Below, piece after piece: positions 27,333 to 36,596 of a stretch of 56,214 bases of DNA. The stretch's first letter is position 1. Each line of letters opens with the position of its first letter. This stretch comes from Candidatus Woesearchaeota archaeon (GTDB taxonomy: Archaea; Nanobdellota; Nanobdellia; Woesearchaeales; JBDRGA01). Under the pieces are notes generated by a model. That model did not search any database. It saw only the letters and a program-made list of their open reading frames with translations, and was not told where the DNA came from. The stretch lies in assembly GCA_043818175.1 (NCBI GenBank), contig JBDRGA010000046.1:1-56214 (forward strand), in the 5' to 3' direction. The position numbers were made by a program, and so were the translations under genes.

Positions 27333-28054
27333 AGGACATGCACGAAGGTCATAAGCACGTTCTCATGCTAGCAATATTTATTGTCATATTTCTCGGGATT
27401 ACCGCATTATCGATATTTGGCCTTCCATTCAATGACCCTGCTGCAATGAAAGCGCTGGTTCTTTCAGTGGGGGTGTATGGTCCATTGATTCTTATGCTTT
27501 TTCAGGTAGCCCAAGTTGTCGTGCCCTTCATTCCAGGACTAGTGCTTCACGCAGCATCCGGAGCTATTTACGGCTGGTTTCTTGGAGCAGTATACAATAT
27601 CATAGGAATTCTTATTGGTTCTCTTATGGCATTTTGGCTTAGCAGAAAATTTGGCAGACAGTTTGTAGCACGCTTCATAAAAGAACATGACCTAGCACAT
27701 TTCGATTCGATGTTTGCAACCAGAGGATGGATGACAATTCTAATTGCCCAACTCATTCCAATAATTCCATCGGATGTTGTTTGCTTTGCTGCAGGTCTTA
27801 CTGTCGTCAGGTTCAGAGTTTTTGCTCTTATAACTGCGTTAACGCTAGCAATAAAGGCGCCGATTGTTTCGTTCTTTGGCGAGTCGCTTTTCAACGGCAC
27901 TCTTAACTTTGGATTTGTCCTTGCAGCAGTTGTAATCCTTGCTGGCGTGATTGTTTATCATTTCAGACATTCAGTGCGCGTGTATCTGTTGAAAGAAGTG
28001 CGAGCATTGGAGAACACCGTCACTAATATTGAGCAAAACCACAGTGACCGCTAG
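27329..28054 (+). CDS. TVP38/TMEM64 (DedA/VTT) membrane protein
   Basis: VVVPFIPG...SGAIYGWFLG...GSLMAFWLSRKFGR, LIPIIPSDVVCFAAGL; ATGA overlap with nth. Confidence 0.88.
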   Translation: MKDMHEGHKHVLMLAIFIVIFLGITALSIFGLPFNDPAAMKALVLSVGVYGPLILMLFQVAQVVVPFIPGLVLHAASGAIYGWFLGAVYNIIGILIGSLMAFWLSRKFGRQFVARFIKEHDLAHFDSMFATRGWMTILIAQLIPIIPSDVVCFAAGLTVVRFRVFALITALTLAIKAPIVSFFGESLFNGTLNFGFVLAAVVILAGVIVYHFRHSVRVYLLKEVRALENTVTNIEQNHSDR

Positions 28055-28085
28055 GTTTTTATACCACTCTGGAGTTTCTACACTC

Positions 28086-28745
28086 ATGGAATTGGATTGT
28101 GATAACCTTCGTGCCATCGCAGAGGAAGTTCGCCAAGTGTATCTCGGCACAAGTGCAAATGCTATGGAGAGGTACATGTTCAACGCTTCAGGACTTAGCA
28201 CAGAGCCAACTCTTCGACACACTGCGGAACAGGAGCGGGAATCTGGAAGGATAACAAGGTATGGCTGGATAAAACCTGAAGAAACATGTGAAGCGGTAAA
28301 TGTTGCTCTTGGAGCAAGTGGCGATGTTGCCCTGCTTGACTACCAATGGGAATCTGTCATGGACTTAAGTGGGGCGCGGTTTTCCCTCATACCCAACAAC
28401 GTATGGTTGTTGGCGACGAAAAGGGACGTACTGGAAGGAAAACTAGATGACGAAGTGCGCGCAGAACAGAAGAAGCAAAGACCAAGCAGGTTAAGGCGCA
28501 TGTTTTCGGGAAGCGGAGCCTCCAAAACAACACAAACCATGAAGCTACCAGACACAAAACAATGGAGACGGGATGCGATAGTACATGATTACAATGCGAG
28601 TCTCGACAGGACCATTGCAAGAGTTCTGAAAAACCTTGAAACGGGTGTCCCCGTGCCATACCAGCAGCCCATAACTGGAATGGAATACGTTGAGGTAATG
28701 CGGAGCTCACGTGACCACATGGTCTTAGCTTGGACACTGGAATGA
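28086..28745 (+). CDS. Hypothetical protein
   Basis: Long ORF; start at 28086 is 30 nt after TTTTTATA. Confidence 0.6.
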   Translation: MELDCDNLRAIAEEVRQVYLGTSANAMERYMFNASGLSTEPTLRHTAEQERESGRITRYGWIKPEETCEAVNVALGASGDVALLDYQWESVMDLSGARFSLIPNNVWLLATKRDVLEGKLDDEVRAEQKKQRPSRLRRMFSGSGASKTTQTMKLPDTKQWRRDAIVHDYNASLDRTIARVLKNLETGVPVPYQQPITGMEYVEVMRSSRDHMVLAWTLE

Positions 28746-28797
28746 ATATTACCCTGCCAAAGCAAACTATATAAACCAATTCAAGTAAGTTCATTCA

Positions 28798-29166
28798 ATG
28801 CACCAAGGCATTTACGGACTGGTTTTGTTCTTGAACGATAATACTACTATTAGAGTCAACATGAAGCCAGTAACCTTTCCAGAAGGGTTCTACATTTATG
28901 TTCAGGGTCATTCTGCTTCGCATAAGAGAGTTGCAGAGCACATGCAGGGCAAGGGCGAAGAAAGGGTTGACCTTTTCATCAAAAAAGCGCACTTGGTTGA
29001 CACAATCATCTCTGAGAAGCAGTACAATGACAGCAAGAAGATGCTATCAGATGTACTCTCCCTTAGAAAAAAGCTCGTTGACAAGCATAAGGCGCAGTTA
29101 ACGCCCATTATAGGACTTCTCCACATCCCCGGCGACCAGGTTCTTAAGGCGAGAAAGCAGTTCTAA
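28798..29166 (+). CDS. Hypothetical protein with degenerate DUF123/GIY-YIG-like N-terminus
   Basis: GIYGLVL...IRV...FPEGFYIYV...KRVAEH; the usual VGSA motif is absent. Confidence 0.45.
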   Translation: MHQGIYGLVLFLNDNTTIRVNMKPVTFPEGFYIYVQGHSASHKRVAEHMQGKGEERVDLFIKKAHLVDTIISEKQYNDSKKMLSDVLSLRKKLVDKHKAQLTPIIGLLHIPGDQVLKARKQF

Positions 29167-29210
29167 GAACCATTATCCATTTAAACAAACGGCTTTATCT
29201 TAGTAGTCCA

Positions 29211-30974
29211 ATGGTTTTCCGGATGGTGGTGAGGAACTGGAACGGCCTTCTGGGCTTAAGTGACCACATAAGAAGGCTAATGAAGCGAATGTTCTGGCTT
29301 CTTTTGTTCTTCGAGATTGTCAAATTCCTGCCGCCAATCATCTTCTCGCGCATAATCGATTCAAGCGTCACGTACACTCCAGGAGGCCCGTTCGGATTCG
29401 ATCTTGTGGTTTACCTAGTTGCGGGTTACTTTGCGAGCATGATTGCAATGACCATTCTAGAAGTCATAGGCGAGCGCCTGATGATTGGAAGAATTACTGA
29501 TGCGGAAGTGGATTTATCGCACAAGACGTTCGAAAAACTCCTGAACCTTCATTTAAGGTATCATGAGGAGCAAAATACAGGCGTGAACATGAGCAAGGTG
29601 CTCAAGGGATCTAGGAGAATTGTTGACTTGTTGTTTACAATGATGCATAATCTCCTTCCAATTATTTTCCAAGCAGCACTAACGCTCATTGTTCTGCTTG
29701 CTATTGCATGGCAGATTGCACTAGTGTATGTTGTATTTGCGCCATTGTTCATCTGGGTTCTCCTAAGAGGTTCTTTGGCGACACAGCAGGCCCGCAAGGC
29801 ATATCACGAGTCTTACGATGAATTTGCAGCAAAAATGACTCAGGGCATGACGAACATTCGAACAGTTAAGGATTTCGCAAACGAAAAGAAGGAACTAAAC
29901 AAAGCAAGAAAACATCTCGACGACTACTCATTCCACGTCATGAAACGCATCAAAATAGGATTGAAGAACATGATGCTGGAAGACACTATTGTGAACGTAG
30001 CAAGGGTTGCCGTCCTTGGTTTCTCGGTCTGGCTTATGACAAAGGGAACTGTCTCTCCGGGAAATCTGGTGCTTCTAGTTACTTTAGGAGAAAAGGCATT
30101 CATCAACCTTGCAAGATTAAGCAGAGTGTATTACCAGGTGCAGGATACAGAACCAAGCATCGAGCGCTTCCATGAAATACTCAATTATCCATTAGATGTT
30201 GTTGACAAAGACACTCCATTCAAAGTTACAAAAGGTTTCGTGGAGTTCAGGGACGTAACGTTCCAGTACCCCGACACAGAACAAGCTGCTCTGAAGAAAG
30301 TGAGCTTCATGATTAAGCCTCTTGATACTGTTGCCTTCGTGGGAAGGTCCGGCTCTGGAAAAACTACAATCATCAAGCTCCTATTGAGACATTATGATGT
30401 TACAGGTGGAAAGATTCTGATAGATGAACATGACGTAAAAGATTATTCGTTCAGTAATTTGCGAGATGGTATTTCCGTTGTCTCGCAGGACGTTGAACTC
30501 TTCAATGAAAGCGTACACGAAAACATTGCTTACGGCACAACAGGCATGTCAAGACAGGATGTGATTGATGCTGCAGAAATGGCGAATGCGCATGAATTCA
30601 TAATGGAATTGCCAAAAGGATATGAAACTTTAGTAGGAGAGCGCGGGGTAAAACTGTCAGGAGGACAGAAACAGCGCATAGCCATTGCGAGAGCACTTCT
30701 CAGAAAACCAAAAATTCTGATTTTTGACGAAGCAACCTCTTCACTTGACTCAGAATCTGAGAAGTTAATACATAGGAGTATAGTCAAACTGATGGGCAGG
30801 GTAACTCTGGTAATAATTGCCCACAGGTTCGCAACAATAGAGAGTGCGGACAAGATAATAGTTCTGGAGAAGGGTCTGTTGAAAGAAGAAGGCACGCACG
30901 CACAACTAATGGAAAAGAAAGGCATATTCGCAATGCTTAGAAAACTACAGGAACTTGGCGAAATGGAGAAATGA
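29211..30974 (+). CDS. ABC exporter, fused permease + ATPase (MdlB/MsbA-like)
   Basis: Six-TM N-domain, GRSGSGKTT, LSGGQKQR, IFDEATSSLD and IAHR. Confidence 0.93.
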   Translation: MVFRMVVRNWNGLLGLSDHIRRLMKRMFWLLLFFEIVKFLPPIIFSRIIDSSVTYTPGGPFGFDLVVYLVAGYFASMIAMTILEVIGERLMIGRITDAEVDLSHKTFEKLLNLHLRYHEEQNTGVNMSKVLKGSRRIVDLLFTMMHNLLPIIFQAALTLIVLLAIAWQIALVYVVFAPLFIWVLLRGSLATQQARKAYHESYDEFAAKMTQGMTNIRTVKDFANEKKELNKARKHLDDYSFHVMKRIKIGLKNMMLEDTIVNVARVAVLGFSVWLMTKGTVSPGNLVLLVTLGEKAFINLARLSRVYYQVQDTEPSIERFHEILNYPLDVVDKDTPFKVTKGFVEFRDVTFQYPDTEQAALKKVSFMIKPLDTVAFVGRSGSGKTTIIKLLLRHYDVTGGKILIDEHDVKDYSFSNLRDGISVVSQDVELFNESVHENIAYGTTGMSRQDVIDAAEMANAHEFIMELPKGYETLVGERGVKLSGGQKQRIAIARALLRKPKILIFDEATSSLDSESEKLIHRSIVKLMGRVTLVIIAHRFATIESADKIIVLEKGLLKEEGTHAQLMEKKGIFAMLRKLQELGEMEK

Positions 30975-31002
30975 TTATAAACCGGCAATCCCTCCCAGTG
31001 AA

Positions 31003-31716
31003 ATGCACAAACCACTCCACCAGCTCGACTCTTACACAAAGGAATTTGATTCTAAAGTAAAAGCGGTAATTGACGGCAAACGCATAATTCTTGAAGACAC
31101 GGCATTCTACCCCCAAGGAGGCGGACAACCTTGTGACCAGGGCACCCTAACCACACATGCAGGAACTGTCTACAAGGTTCTCTCAGTGAGCAAAAAAGAC
31201 GGGTTGATAGTTCATGAGGTTGACAGTCCAGGACTACAGAAAGGAGATAAAGTGCATGGCGTGCTTGACTGGGAACGAAGATACAGATTAATGAGAATGC
31301 ATACTGCGGCCCACGTTCTTTGCGGCGTTTTCGAGCAAAGAGAAGAAACCTTGATTACAGGAAACCAGCTTGATTTGGAGCAGAGCAGGGTTGACCTTTC
31401 TTTGGAAGAATTCAACCGCGAAAAAATTGAACAGAGCGTCGAAATAGCAAATGGCATTCTCAATAAAGCACTTCCAATCGAAGTGAGTTTCATAAAGATG
31501 GAAGACGCGAAGAAGAACACTAAATTGTTCAAGCTTGCAATGGAATTCCCGCACGATTTGGATGAAATACGACTTGTTGATATTGTAGGACATGATTTTC
31601 AGGCAGATGGTGGCACGCATGTTAAGAACACAAAGGAAGTTGGAAAAATAGTTCTTCTGAAATGCGAGAACAAAGGAAAGGATAAAAGACGTGTTTATTT
31701 TGGATTGGAGCCTTAA
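31003..31716 (+). CDS. alaX: Alanyl-tRNA editing protein AlaX (AlaX-M type)
   Basis: TAFYPQGGGQPCDQG, MRMHTAAHVL and ADGGTHV. Start at 31003 is 28 nt after TTATAAA. Confidence 0.9.
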   Translation: MHKPLHQLDSYTKEFDSKVKAVIDGKRIILEDTAFYPQGGGQPCDQGTLTTHAGTVYKVLSVSKKDGLIVHEVDSPGLQKGDKVHGVLDWERRYRLMRMHTAAHVLCGVFEQREETLITGNQLDLEQSRVDLSLEEFNREKIEQSVEIANGILNKALPIEVSFIKMEDAKKNTKLFKLAMEFPHDLDEIRLVDIVGHDFQADGGTHVKNTKEVGKIVLLKCENKGKDKRRVYFGLEP

Positions 31717-31851
31717 ACTCAATTTCTTGAACTAAACCATATCAAACATTTCAGTTGTCTACACACAGTTACGACGCTGTAGACTTTCCACTAAATCAAC
31801 TAATCTAATACCACATTAAATATAATATTTTCACTATTTAAACAATCACTT

Positions 31852-31869
31852 AATCACACACTGGACAAG
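31852..31869 (+). repeat. 18-bp exact direct repeat (second copy at 32055-32072)
   Basis: AATCACACACTGGACAAG appears in the intergenic DNA and again 203 bp downstream inside the exonuclease CDS. Confidence 0.85.
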
Positions 31870-31910
31870 ATGACGATTGTGTTAAATAAGCACAAACCTT
31901 AGATCAAAAA

Positions 31911-32690
31911 ATGCTGATGAAGACCCTTGCATTCTTGCCTGGAATAAGTCAAAAGATGGAAGAAAGACTTCAAGCAGAAGGTTTAACAGATTGGACCCGT
32001 TTCTCAAGGAGAGAAAAAATTAAGGGAATTAGCTCTAGCAAAAAAATTCTGCTCAATCACACACTGGACAAGGCAAGGGTTGCCCTCCTCAACGAAGACA
32101 GCAAGTGGTTTGCTGAACATTTACCCCCAAGGGAACACTGGCAGTTATATGACGAGTTCAAGGATGACGTGCTCTTCATTGACATCGAGATTGCCTCAAA
32201 AAGAAATCATGTAACGGTCATAGGCATAAGTGATGGTTTAACAGTTAAGACCTTGATGTCTGGCATGCACATTGACAAGAACACATTCCAAAGACAAATT
32301 TCAAGGGCAAAACTTCTTGTAAGCTTCAATGGAAAAAGCTTCGACATTCCTGTGCTTGAGAAGTTTTTCGGCATTAAAATTGAAACGCCACACTTTGATG
32401 CGAGGCATGCATGCGCCAGAGTTGGATTGAAAGGTGGCTTGAAGCAAATTGAGAAAGAACTTGGAATCTACAGGCCAATTGAACTTCGAGGCAATCCTGT
32501 TGATTTGTGGAAAGCGTTCATGGCTTCAGGCGACAGGGAATGGTTGGAGAAACTCGCCGAGTACAATGCTTATGATTGTTTGAACTTGAAACTCGTTTGC
32601 GAGAAAATAGTACCTATTCTTTCCGGGGCAGTTTCTTCGCCTTGGCAGGATTCTTCGATTCCATCTGAGGAAAATCAGTCTTCTCCATAA
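31911..32690 (+). CDS. RNase H-like (YprB/RNase_H_2) 3'-5' exonuclease
   Basis: LFIDIE, VSFNGKSFDIP, GGLKQIE and YNAYDC (DEDD type). Confidence 0.88.
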   Translation: MLMKTLAFLPGISQKMEERLQAEGLTDWTRFSRREKIKGISSSKKILLNHTLDKARVALLNEDSKWFAEHLPPREHWQLYDEFKDDVLFIDIEIASKRNHVTVIGISDGLTVKTLMSGMHIDKNTFQRQISRAKLLVSFNGKSFDIPVLEKFFGIKIETPHFDARHACARVGLKGGLKQIEKELGIYRPIELRGNPVDLWKAFMASGDREWLEKLAEYNAYDCLNLKLVCEKIVPILSGAVSSPWQDSSIPSEENQSSP

Positions 32691-32799
32691 TCAAAGAGCC
32701 CATGTACCCACATTCCTTGCATAGATATGTTCCTGTAACGCCGCCAGCATAATACGTAATGTTGGGGCTTCTGCACCGTGGACAGAATATAGTATGCAT
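32614..32799 (-). CDS. Small zinc-ribbon protein
   Basis: 61 aa FCPRCRS...YLCKECGYMG; start moved to the ATG at 32799. Confidence 0.7.
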   Translation of the reverse strand: MHTIFCPRCRSPNITYYAGGVTGTYLCKECGYMGSLIMEKTDFPQMESKNPAKAKKLPRKE

Positions 32800-32878
32800 A
32801 CTATAGAAATATTCTTGACATATTAAATCATTTCCATAAAGCATATATACGCACCACCTGTCCCTAAACAAGGGGATT

Positions 32879-33604
32879 ATGGAAAAGTTCAAGGCAAGGC
32901 TTGAGAATGCTTTAAGCAATAATCATACAATCGTCTTCTCAGCGCGCTGTACTGTAGACTACAAAGGAAGGGCCGAAGCTTTTTTGCCGGAAGGAGACCG
33001 CTTTGTTATCATAAAGTCAGACAAAGCTTTGTTGGTGCACCAACCCCAGGGAAACACTCCCGTAAACTACATGAAGCCAGGTTCAAGACATACCTTAATC
33101 CTTGATGATGATTCATGCACCCTCCTTAGCGAAAACCACTCTTTGAAGGAATATCTGGAGATTGCAATTAAGGACATTCACTTCCTGGAGTCAAGAAAAC
33201 TAGACGATAACAGCAAATTATCCCTTGCGGGTAATGAGCGAGACATGTCAGACCATTTGTTTGAGAATCCTGAGTTGGTTGAGCCGGGCTTCAAACCCGT
33301 CTCAAGGGAAGAGCAAACAAAGTATGGATTCCTAGATTTATGGGGAAAGGATGAAAATGGCATTCTTACAGTAGTTGAATGCAAAAGGTACCTTGCAGAT
33401 CTGGCTGCAGTAACACAATTAAGAAGATATGTTGAGAGAATGGAGCACGAAAAGAAGCAGAAAGTAAGGGGTATTCTGGCCGCTCCGAAGATAAGCGCCA
33501 ACGCAAAGAAGATGCTTGAAGATTGGGGTTTCAGGTTCAGCCCTGTTGACCCCCCTCTAAGATTAAAGAGAGACCAATCACAACAAAACTTGTTCGAGTA
33601 CTGA
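32879..33604 (+). CDS. nucS: Mismatch-specific endonuclease NucS/EndoMS
   Basis: CTVDYKGRA, IIKSDKALLVH...PVNY, DLWGKD...VVECKR, QLRRY and RGILAAP. Confidence 0.93.
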   Translation: MEKFKARLENALSNNHTIVFSARCTVDYKGRAEAFLPEGDRFVIIKSDKALLVHQPQGNTPVNYMKPGSRHTLILDDDSCTLLSENHSLKEYLEIAIKDIHFLESRKLDDNSKLSLAGNERDMSDHLFENPELVEPGFKPVSREEQTKYGFLDLWGKDENGILTVVECKRYLADLAAVTQLRRYVERMEHEKKQKVRGILAAPKISANAKKMLEDWGFRFSPVDPPLRLKRDQSQQNLFEY

Positions 33605-33676
33605 ATTACAATAAACACACTACTTAATTAAACACTAAAAGATACATTTATCAAGACAACAAGAACCAAAAGGACA

Positions 33677-33817
33677 ATGATACTAACAATAATCTATCTC
33701 ATCGTTATGCTTGCATCGCATCCGGTTTCAACACCCGCGACTCTTCTCTGGGCATTCATGGCAGTGGACGTTGCTGCAGTATTGTGGTTCTCGAATGAAT
33801 CTGAGAAATCAGAGTAA
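33677..33817 (+). CDS. Putative 46-aa two-helix membrane protein (below the ORF-track cutoff)
   Basis: MILTIIYLIVMLASHPVSTPATLLWAFMAVDVAAVLWFSNESEKSE; fills an otherwise empty gap. Confidence 0.45.
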   Translation: MILTIIYLIVMLASHPVSTPATLLWAFMAVDVAAVLWFSNESEKSE

Positions 33818-34591
33818 AAGCTTCCTTGCTTCTTCAGCGCTCTTCCTGTGAAAGACGACTTCATGCAGTGCTTTCGAAAGCTTAATTGGGTCTGGATGCT
33901 GCCAGATATTCCTTCCAATTGCAAAGCCTGTAACACCAGCACTTAAGGCCTGTTCTGCCATCTTAAGAAAATCAGTTTCGGGCTCGTAATCCCCCCCGGC
34001 AACAAGTACTCTCGCCCTTCCTGCGTTCTTCACTATCCATTTGTATCCTTCTGCGTCTCCATTCCATTTCAGCTTCACGAAGTCAGCGCCAAGCTCCAAA
34101 GCAATTCTTGCAGAGTAAGCAATTAAGTCAGTGTCTAGATCGTTCTTTATTGTAGGGCCTCTTGGATACATCCACGCAATAACAGGTAGCCCATAATTAT
34201 GCGCTTCCTCCACTATCTTCCCAAACTCCTGGAACATCACAGTCTCAACTGGAGAGCCATCATAAATAGTGTAACCCACTGCTGACGCACCCAGTTTAAT
34301 TGCCCTATCGACAGAGCATATCTGCCTAGATATGGGATTAACTTTCGGGATTTCAGTCTTCCCGTTCAGCTTCACAATCAAAGGAACGTCTCTGTAATGC
34401 TCATGATAGTACTTTTCTGCTAAACCATTCTGAAGTATAACGCCAGTATACTTTCCTTCAAGTGCTATGTCTAGAATGTACTTGGGGTCTGAGTTCTGCA
34501 AATTGAAATCTCTTGGGCCGTGCTCCAGCCCCTGGTCGTAAGCGAGGAACAGTGCCCTGTTCTTTAGGAGAAGCTTGCGTGCATTAATCAT
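33809..34591 (-). CDS. Class I (DhnA-type) fructose-bisphosphate aldolase
   Basis: LAYDQGLEHGP, IVKLNGKT, AWMYPRG, ELGADFVKL and AIGRNIWQ. Confidence 0.9.
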   Translation of the reverse strand: MINARKLLLKNRALFLAYDQGLEHGPRDFNLQNSDPKYILDIALEGKYTGVILQNGLAEKYYHEHYRDVPLIVKLNGKTEIPKVNPISRQICSVDRAIKLGASAVGYTIYDGSPVETVMFQEFGKIVEEAHNYGLPVIAWMYPRGPTIKNDLDTDLIAYSARIALELGADFVKLKWNGDAEGYKWIVKNAGRARVLVAGGDYEPETDFLKMAEQALSAGVTGFAIGRNIWQHPDPIKLSKALHEVVFHRKSAEEARKLLL

Positions 34592-34684
34592 ACTGCAATT
34601 TCGTAAAGAGCGTATTTAAAGGTTATGGTGAAACTGGGTTAGCGAAGGGGCATATTCTTTGGCACCTTCACAGTATGCGCGAGC

Positions 34685-35668
34685 CTACAACGGCTTAGTA
34701 TGCACAGCCCGCTTATCCTCGTTAACGCGCTTCAATGCTTCATCTCGTGAGAGAAGGATATTCTGCGCTCCTTTGTGGGTAATTACGCTTTCCGCATTGC
34801 AGAATGCCATCTTAACTGCTTTCTTGAATGGAAGTTTCATTGCAATACCAGCAACCAATGTTGAAGCAAATGCATCGCCCGCACCTGTTGTCTCGACGAC
34901 CTTAACGTTTACGGGCAGTGCGTGATACACCAATCCTTCATGGAGAACGTGTGCGCCATGCACTCCATCTGTGATTGCAACAGTATGTGGACCTGCATCC
35001 CTTAATCGCAGAAGCAATTGTTCAACAGGATGTTCCCCTGCAATGAGCCGCGCTTCTTCGTTGTTAAGCACGAGAACATCACAATACGACAATATTTTGC
35101 TTAGTTCTTTTATTCCCATATTGGCAAGATATGCGCTTGCACTCAGCGCAACTTTGACTTCCTGGTCATGTGCCCTTTTCACGAGCACCTTCATGCTTTC
35201 CCAGCTCTCACCCAGCATAGTGCTGCAGTAAACCCATTTGGTATCTATTTTCTTTGGCAGAAACTGGGAAGAAAAATGGTCATTGCACCCTTTGTAGACG
35301 AGAATAGTACGATCTTCTGCTTGACTGTCCAGAACAACGCTATATCCTGAGATTCCTTGGGTTGATCCAACAAAAGCCACACCCTCTCCGTTTAGCTTCT
35401 TGGAAATGTGCTCGCCCGTTTCATCTTTGCCTATCATGCCCATGAATGCGGTTGACAAACCAAGTCTGGCAAAGCTCACTGCTGCATTTGCTCCCGAACC
35501 CCCTAACTCAAATGATAAGTGCTTAACAAGAATTTTGCTTCCAAGAGGATACGCTACTAGTTCTTCCTCTTTTCCAGGCGTCTTGATGGTTATGAATTCT
35601 GCGTCTGTGTCTACGAAAACGTCAAGAGTACAACTCCCATAACAAATGACGTCATTCATTCTCTTCAT
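34685..35668 (-). CDS. PfkB/ribokinase-family carbohydrate kinase
   Basis: GGSGANAAVSFARLG, LVLNNEEA and VETTGAGDAF. Confidence 0.9.
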   Translation of the reverse strand: MKRMNDVICYGSCTLDVFVDTDAEFITIKTPGKEEELVAYPLGSKILVKHLSFELGGSGANAAVSFARLGLSTAFMGMIGKDETGEHISKKLNGEGVAFVGSTQGISGYSVVLDSQAEDRTILVYKGCNDHFSSQFLPKKIDTKWVYCSTMLGESWESMKVLVKRAHDQEVKVALSASAYLANMGIKELSKILSYCDVLVLNNEEARLIAGEHPVEQLLLRLRDAGPHTVAITDGVHGAHVLHEGLVYHALPVNVKVVETTGAGDAFASTLVAGIAMKLPFKKAVKMAFCNAESVITHKGAQNILLSRDEALKRVNEDKRAVHTKPL

Positions 35669-35693
35669 CAGAGATGCCTGTTTTTAAATATTG

Positions 35694-36500
35694 TCAGAAT
35701 CTGGCAGAATCCAGAATGGAATGGGCATCCCTGGCACCTTTGACTTTCGCGAATCTCTTCTTATCCTTTGCCTCAATCTCTGCTCTGATTCTCATGACTG
35801 AAGTTTCCTCGTTACTCACCCTTGCTAATTGGTCCGCGACAACTAATCCATAAGGATATCCAAGGAAAGCAGGGTCGTTATGAAGCTGCAATGATTCCAG
35901 GTCATGCAAGTTGGCTTCATGAAATTGGATTTTGAATATTCGTTCTGATTTAGGATGGAGCTTCACGTAACCTTGCACACCATCTCCACTGTACCACGCA
36001 CCATTTCCAGACGCAAAACTCATTGTTTCCGCGTCCTCGCTGGTCTTGCAGAAGCCAATTACTCTTTTTAGTCCTTTAAGAATTTCTGACTCTTTCTTAT
36101 TTCGTGCTCTTGCCTCTCCATCGAGAACTGTAATGCCTTGAAATGGTTTTAATGCTTCTTTCAACTCAAGTAATCTGCGGGCTTCGTTGAATGCTGATTC
36201 GGCATCACTGGCATCAATTTCCTCATGGAGTTTTAGGTTTTCTGACTCAATAGCGTACTTGCTTGAATTCTTCTTCACCAAAACGAGTCCTTCGCTTATT
36301 TTTTGTTGGGTTCTCTCTTTTCCCTGAAACTCGACCGAAGCAATTCTAATGAATCCAAGAGTTGAATGTCCTGCAGAAAAAATGATTTGAGAGCCGCCAT
36401 CTATGAAACGCATAGGTGCAGGAAGAGGAGGTGCAAGACGCACTTTCCCATTTGTTTCACTATTTTCGAATCCCTCAATCCACTTATTTACAATATCCAC
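35694..36500 (-). CDS. NurA-family nuclease
   Basis: FIDGGS, TVLDG and GYPYGLVVADQLARVS. Confidence 0.75.
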   Translation of the reverse strand: MDIVNKWIEGFENSETNGKVRLAPPLPAPMRFIDGGSQIIFSAGHSTLGFIRIASVEFQGKERTQQKISEGLVLVKKNSSKYAIESENLKLHEEIDASDAESAFNEARRLLELKEALKPFQGITVLDGEARARNKKESEILKGLKRVIGFCKTSEDAETMSFASGNGAWYSGDGVQGYVKLHPKSERIFKIQFHEANLHDLESLQLHNDPAFLGYPYGLVVADQLARVSNEETSVMRIRAEIEAKDKKRFAKVKGARDAHSILDSARF

Positions 36501-36596
36501 GAGAAAGATACATCCACGTTGCTTTTATTGCTTTCTGAAATTCGTTCTGCGTGAATTTCAGGATGAAAAACCTCTCCAGACTAAGGTTTTTCATTT

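Noticed and set aside
31600-31625. AlaX with DGGTH instead of CGGTH
   Set aside because: As far as I recall this Asp variant occurs in other archaeal AlaX-M proteins, so it is not evidence of inactivation.
31757-31784. GTCTACA...TGTAGAC hairpin recalling a Cas12a repeat stem
   Set aside because: Single copy, 14-nt loop, no repeat-spacer array and no cas genes in the window.
31717-31910. AT-rich gap as a replication origin
   Set aside because: No ORB-like repeats and no cdc6/orc1 gene nearby.
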